Source: an uncultured delta proteobacterium (GTDB lineage: Bacteria; Desulfobacterota; Binatia; UBA9968). Taken from it: a DNA stretch of 64,000 nucleotides. Position numbers and translations under genes: made by a program. A model generated the notes under the pieces. The model was not told where the DNA came from. It saw nothing but the letters and a program-made list of their open reading frames with translations, and searched no databases. The stretch spans positions 160,001-224,000 of the forward strand of contig CAVSLC010000005.1 in assembly GCA_963728565.1 (NCBI GenBank). The letters are read 5' to 3'. Positions 58,755-64,000 of the stretch are shown piece after piece (position 1 is the stretch's first letter; every line of letters starts with the position of its first letter).

Positions 58755-59795
58755 ATGGAAAAACTGCTGCGGCGAAAGAAAACATGCGATCGAGCGCTCG
58801 TGTTCATGGCCTTCTTGGTGCTCGGGCTTTACGGATCTTTGGCGCCGGCATCGGCGCAGCTCGTCAAGTCGGTCGACGCGGCGGGAATCACCGTCTCCGA
58901 CATTGACCGGTCGGTAGAATTTTTTTCCAAAGTGCTCTCGTTTGAAAAAGTCTCGGACGTCGAAGTCGCAGGCAGCGAGTACGAGCGGCTTCAGGGAGTT
59001 TTCGGCGCACGGATGAGGATTGCGCGCATGAGGCTCGGCGAAGAATTCATCGATCTCACCGAATATCTCACACCCAGAGGCCGGCCGATCCCGGTGGACT
59101 CGCGCAGCAACGATCAATGGTTCCAGCACATCGCAATCGTCGTAAGCGACATGGACAAAGCCTATCAACAGTTGCGCGCGCATAAAGTGCGGCATACCTC
59201 TACCGGTCCGCAGCGGATTCCCGACTGGAACAAGGCCGCGGCCGGAATCAAGGCTTTTTACTTCAAGGATCCCGACGGTCACAATCTCGAGTTGATTTAC
59301 TTTCCATCCGGCAAAGGCAATCCAAAATGGCAGCAAGCAAACGGGCGTCTTTTTATGGGTATCGACCATACCGCAATTGCAGTCTCGGATACGGCCCGGA
59401 GCTTAGATTTTTACCGCGATGTTCTGGGTCTGAAGCTTGCCGGTGAAAGCGAAAACTACGGCACCGAGCAGGAGCATCTAAACCACGTCTTCGGATCACG
59501 GGTGCGTATCAGCGGACTCAAAGCGCCGTCCGGTTTCGGCATCGAGTTCCTCGACTACTTGACGCCGCGCGATGGCCGGCCGATGCCGCCCGACACGCGC
59601 GCCAATGACCTCTGGCATTGGCAGACAGCAATAAGGGTGGGCCGCGCCGACGCGGCCGCCGACAAGTTAAAAAGCGCGCGGGTGCGCTTTGTCTCCCCCG
59701 GCGTGACGACACTCCCGGACCGAGCCCTGGGCATCGCCAAAGGATTTATCGTGCGTGATCCTGATGGCCACGGGCTTCAGTTGATCGAGAGATAA
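58755..59795 (+). CDS. VOC/glyoxalase family protein (exported, tandem domains)
   Basis: HIAIVV, FKDPDGHNLE, IDHTAI.VSD and RDPDGH motifs. Confidence 0.9.
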   Translation: MEKLLRRKKTCDRALVFMAFLVLGLYGSLAPASAQLVKSVDAAGITVSDIDRSVEFFSKVLSFEKVSDVEVAGSEYERLQGVFGARMRIARMRLGEEFIDLTEYLTPRGRPIPVDSRSNDQWFQHIAIVVSDMDKAYQQLRAHKVRHTSTGPQRIPDWNKAAAGIKAFYFKDPDGHNLELIYFPSGKGNPKWQQANGRLFMGIDHTAIAVSDTARSLDFYRDVLGLKLAGESENYGTEQEHLNHVFGSRVRISGLKAPSGFGIEFLDYLTPRDGRPMPPDTRANDLWHWQTAIRVGRADAAADKLKSARVRFVSPGVTTLPDRALGIAKGFIVRDPDGHGLQLIER

Positions 59796-59810
59796 TCCGG
59801 CAGAGAGTTT

Positions 59811-61809
59811 ATGATGAACGATCTGGTCAAGATGAAAGACGACGAATGGCTCGAAACCGACGGGCTTGGCGGCTTCGCCTCCGGCACTGTGGCCGGCATC
59901 AGAACGCGGCGCTACCACGCGCTTCTCCTCACCGCAACCAACCCGCCCTCGGGCCGAGTCGTTCTCATCAACGGCTTCGATGCCTCGGTGGAAACGGCAG
60001 GCGGATGTTTTTCACTCTCCTCCCAGTTATATAACCCGGACGTGGTGCACCCGGACGGCGCCGCAAGAATAGAGCAATTCAAAGCCGATCCCTGGCCGCG
60101 GTGGATCTACCGGTTGGAAGACGGGAGCAAGATTCAGTTTGAGATTTTCGCCTGCAACGGCGCTTCCGTGACGGTGCTCGTGTGGCGTCTGCTTGCGGCA
60201 ACGAAGAAAGCCATTCTTTCATTGCGGCTTTTTTTCTCCGGACGGGACTATCATTCCATGCATCGCGAGAACGGCGCTTTTCACTTTGAGCCTCAGCTAC
60301 AGGGAAAACGCCTCATCTGGCATCCCTACTCGGGCCTGCCGGGAATCATCGCTCTTGCCAACGGCGAATATCACCACCAGCCCGCCTGGTACCGTAATTT
60401 TCTCTACGAACAGGAACGTGCACGCGGGCTCGATTTTATCGAGGATCTCGCCGCGCCTGGATTGTTCCGTTACGATCTCGCGCGCGCACAGGCGGTCTGC
60501 ATCCTTGCTGCCGAGGGATTTGAAAATGAGTTGCTGGTGCCGGACGATTCCGCGGAAGAACTGGCGGCGGATCTGCGTGGGTCAGAGCTTCGCCGCCGGC
60601 AAAAATTTTCTTTACCTCTGGAACGCTCCGCGGACGCTTACCTGGTCAAGCGCGGCGGCGGCAAAACAATTGTCGCGGGCTACCCTTGGTTCACCGATTG
60701 GGGCCGCGATACGTTCATAGCGCTTCGTGGCTTGTGCCTTGCCAACCAGCGATTCGATGAGGCCCGCGATATTCTTTTTGAATGGGCCGGCGTGGTCTCC
60801 GAAGGGATGCTGCCAAATCGATTCCCCGATCGGAGCGATCAACCTGAGTACAACTCAGTCGACGCCTCTCTCTGGTACATCATCGCAGTCCACGATTTTC
60901 TCGACGCGATGAAGACGCGCGGCGCCAACGTCTCCGATTCGGATAGAAACGCGCTGCGCCAAGCGGTCGAAGCTATCCTTGCCGGCTACTCGCAGGGCAC
61001 GCGCTTTGGAATTCACATGGATCAGGATGGTCTTCTCGCCGCCGGTGTCCCCGGTGTGCAGCTTACCTGGATGGACTCGAAGATCGGCGACTGGGTAGTC
61101 ACGCCACGAATTGGAAAACCCGTCGAGATCCAGGCGCTGTGGTTAAACGCCCTGTGGATCGGCAGCCAATTCTCGGAGAGCTGGAAGGAATTCTTTATCC
61201 GGGGTCAAAAAAGTTTCTCTACCCGCTTCTGGAACGAACGGGGCGGTTATCTCTACGACGTCATCGACGTCGATCATCAACCCGGCAAAGTCGATGCGCT
61301 GTTCCGGCCGAACCAGATTTTCGCCATCGGCGGGCTGCCGATTTCGCTCATCACAGGAGAACGCGCCGAAACAATTCTTGAGGCCGTGATTCAACGGCTA
61401 TGGACTCCGCTCGGTCTTCGATCTCTCGCCCCCGGAGAGCCCGGCTACGCGTCGCGGTACGAAGGCGGCGTGCGAGATGCGCGACAGCGTTTACCATCAA
61501 GGCACGGTATGGCCCTGGCTCCTCGGTCCGTTTGTCGAGGCCTGGGTGCGCGTTCATGGCGAGAGCGACGACGCTAAGCGCGAAGCTCGAACGCGCTTCC
61601 TGGTGCCGATAATGGAGCACCTAAACAGCGCGGGCCTCGATCATGTCTCCGAAATCACCGACGCCGATGCGCCGCACATACCGCGCGGGTGCCCATTTCA
61701 AGCTTGGTCTGTGGCGGAGCTGATTCGCCTGGACCGGCTGGTTCTGAGACTCGCTGAAAAACAAGAAATCTCCGCATCCTCTCGGGCTCGAGCGGCATCT
61801 AACAGGTAG
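59811..61809 (+). CDS. Amylo-alpha-1,6-glucosidase / glycogen debranching enzyme, frameshift ~61478
   Basis: [34 protein letters not shown] and QLTWMD, then [10 protein letters not shown] and [11 protein letters not shown] in the shifted frame. Confidence 0.9.
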
Positions 61810-61912
61810 GCATCGCTGCGGCAGGACGATCCGGTACTTCGATTCTTCATACAGAAGCGAGACGATCAACCGGTTTTCATCTACCGGTAATTACCGCGTT
61901 AGGAGAAGCATC

Positions 61913-64000
61913 GTGACCAAAGAAGAGCTTAGACTAGAGGAAGATCGAGAGCGCAAGGCGAACTGGAAGCGCTGGGGCCCTTATCTGTCGGAGCGTCAGT
62001 GGGGCACCGTGCGCGAGGATTACAGTCCGTACGGAACGGCATGGGATTCGTTCTCTCACGATCAGGCGCGTAGCCGCGCCTACCGCTGGGGCGAAGACGG
62101 CCTGGCAGGGATTTCAGATAAGCACCAGTTCATTTGCTTCGCCTTGGCTCTCTGGAACGGTCGCGACCCGATCCTCAAAGAACGCCTGTTCGGCCTGACC
62201 GGTAGCGAGGGCAACCATGGCGAGGATGTGAAAGAGTACTATTTTTACCTGGACTCGACACCGACGCACTCTTACATGAAATACCTGTACAAGTACCCGC
62301 AGAGCGAATTTCCCTATGCGCAGCTGGTGGAGGAAAATCGCCGGCGGGGGAAACGCGATCTCGAATTCGAGCTCATTCATACGGGAATTTTTGACCAGGA
62401 CCGGTACTTCGATATTTTCGTCGAATACGCAAAGGGGTCGCCGGACGACGTTCTAATTCGAATCGAAGCAATCAATCGCGGACCCGAAGCCGCCGAACTT
62501 CATCTGCTGCCGACGGTGTGGTTTCGCAATACCTGGTCTTGGAGCGCCGAGCCGCAGCGGCCCCGGCTAATGCGGGGTGAGCCGGCCGAAGGCGTCATTC
62601 CCATAGAGCTGCATCACTCCTATTACAATAAACGATGGTTTTACTGCGAAGGGAATCCGGAGACGCTCTTCACCGAGAACGAGACCAACCATCGCCGTCT
62701 GTTCGGCGCGGATAACGCTTCATCCTACTCCAAGGATGGCATCAACGATTACATCGTGAGTGGCGCAAAAGACGCGGTGAATGCGGCCGGCGTGGGAACG
62801 AAAGCGGCCGGCCACTATCGGCTCGATATCGGGCCGGGAAAAAGCGCCGTCGTCAAGCTCCGATTGACGGACAATGAAATGGTCTCCTCCGCGAGTCGGC
62901 CTTTCGACGCGCGCTTCGATCTCACTGTCGCGGAGCGAAGAAAAGAAGCCGATGAGTTCTATGCCAGCGTCTCCCCGCCGAGTCTTTCGGCGGATTCACG
63001 AAGGGTGATGCGTCAGGCTCTCGCCGGCATGCTCTGGTCGAAGCAGTTTTATCATTACGTGGTCAAGCAATGGTTGGACGGCGACCCCGGCAACCCTCCG
63101 CCGCCGTCAGAGCGGGTCAACGGCCGCAATCATGAATGGCCCCATCTGTACAATGCCGACGTGATTTCGATGCCCGACAAGTGGGAATACCCGTGGTATG
63201 CAGCCTGGGACCTGGCGTTTCATTGCATTCCTCTTGCATTGGTGGATGCAGACTTCGCCAAGGAGCAACTCTGTTTGATGCTGCGCGAGTGGTACATGCA
63301 CCCCAACGGGCAGATTCCCGCGTACGAGTGGGCCTTTGGCGACGTTAATCCGCCGGTTCACGCCTGGGCGGCATGGCGGGTCTACAAGGTCGAGAAGAAG
63401 CGCCGAGGCAAAGGCGACCGCGAGTTTCTCCAGCGCGTTTTTCACAAATTGCTGCTGAACTTTACCTGGTGGGTGAACCGCAAGGACGCAAACGGTATGA
63501 ACATCTTCCAGGGAGGATTTTTAGGCTTGGATAACATCGGCGTATTCGATCGCAGCGCGCCGCTGCCCACCGGCGGCTACATCGAACAGTCCGACGGCAC
63601 GAGTTGGATGGCGATGTACACTTTGAATCTTCTGGCCATTGCGCTCGAGCTATCCAAGGAAGACCGTGCCTACGAAGACGTGGCAAGCAAATTCTGGGAG
63701 CACTTCATTCACATTGCGCATGCGATGAGCCATCGCGGTCAGAACGGCACGGGACTATGGAACGACGAAGACGGCTTTTTCTATGACGTGCTCAGGCTGC
63801 CGGATGGCAGTCACTTTCCGATGAAGATTCGTTCCATGGTCGGGCTGATTCCGTTGTTCGCCGTGGAAACTTTGGAGCCGGAGCTGTTACAACGGTTGCC
63901 GGGCTTCAAGCGACGCCTGGAGTGGTTTATCGACAATCGGCCGGACCTCACCGGCAATGTCGCCTGCATGAGGACGCCGGGCATGGGTGAGCGACGCCTG
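61913..64000 (+). CDS. GH63/MGH1-like glucosidase, runs off the window end
   Basis: Manual translation from GTG 61913: [74 protein letters not shown] and [10 protein letters not shown]. Confidence 0.92.
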   Translation, partial: MTKEELRLEEDRERKANWKRWGPYLSERQWGTVREDYSPYGTAWDSFSHDQARSRAYRWGEDGLAGISDKHQFICFALALWNGRDPILKERLFGLTGSEGNHGEDVKEYYFYLDSTPTHSYMKYLYKYPQSEFPYAQLVEENRRRGKRDLEFELIHTGIFDQDRYFDIFVEYAKGSPDDVLIRIEAINRGPEAAELHLLPTVWFRNTWSWSAEPQRPRLMRGEPAEGVIPIELHHSYYNKRWFYCEGNPETLFTENETNHRRLFGADNASSYSKDGINDYIVSGAKDAVNAAGVGTKAAGHYRLDIGPGKSAVVKLRLTDNEMVSSASRPFDARFDLTVAERRKEADEFYASVSPPSLSADSRRVMRQALAGMLWSKQFYHYVVKQWLDGDPGNPPPPSERVNGRNHEWPHLYNADVISMPDKWEYPWYAAWDLAFHCIPLALVDADFAKEQLCLMLREWYMHPNGQIPAYEWAFGDVNPPVHAWAAWRVYKVEKKRRGKGDREFLQRVFHKLLLNFTWWVNRKDANGMNIFQGGFLGLDNIGVFDRSAPLPTGGYIEQSDGTSWMAMYTLNLLAIALELSKEDRAYEDVASKFWEHFIHIAHAMSHRGQNGTGLWNDEDGFFYDVLRLPDGSHFPMKIRSMVGLIPLFAVETLEPELLQRLPGFKRRLEWFIDNRPDLTGNVACMRTPGMGERRL

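Noticed and set aside
61850-61890. Further ECF promoter before GH63 (TCATCTAC)
   Set aside because: No GCAnCnTTT element at the 12-bp spacing.

Overview
A GC-rich bacterial chromosomal window. Many orphan NMT1-type substrate-binding proteins, cupins, amidohydrolases and SDRs suggest a soil Deltaproteobacteria-like organism such as Candidatus Binatia (inference only). Left to right it holds: a Na+-translocating decarboxylase (beta, gamma and biotin-carrier subunits), plsY, tandem glycine-zipper/OmpA lipoproteins, mrp-DUF59-MEMO, an SDR/amidohydrolase/ADH catabolic cluster, a UxxC selenoprotein split by an in-frame UGA with a SECIS-like hairpin, a complete A1-type cytochrome c oxidase cluster, nadX-ThDP enzyme-MFS, a candidate ~370-nt structured ncRNA, and a UbiD/cupin dioxygenase/HO-like diiron/enolase-superfamily cluster. 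From 39 kb to the end lies a large regulatory island: a PAS-GAF-GAF sigma54 activator (with visible UAS, IHF site and -24/-12 promoter) faces a STAS/ECF sigma/zinc anti-sigma unit. Five copies of a bipartite YGCAnCnTTT-N12-nCATCYAA promoter motif precede units encoding glucose dehydrogenase, aquaporin, GlcG heme proteins, gluconolactonases, spondin, DM13, NDH-2, GMC oxidoreductase, VOC, glycogen-debranching enzyme and GH63. An inverted-type integron (decayed intI, three attC sites, two toxin-antitoxin cassettes) sits inside the island. Many single-base frameshifts suggest sequencing or assembly indels. All calls are by eye, without database searches.
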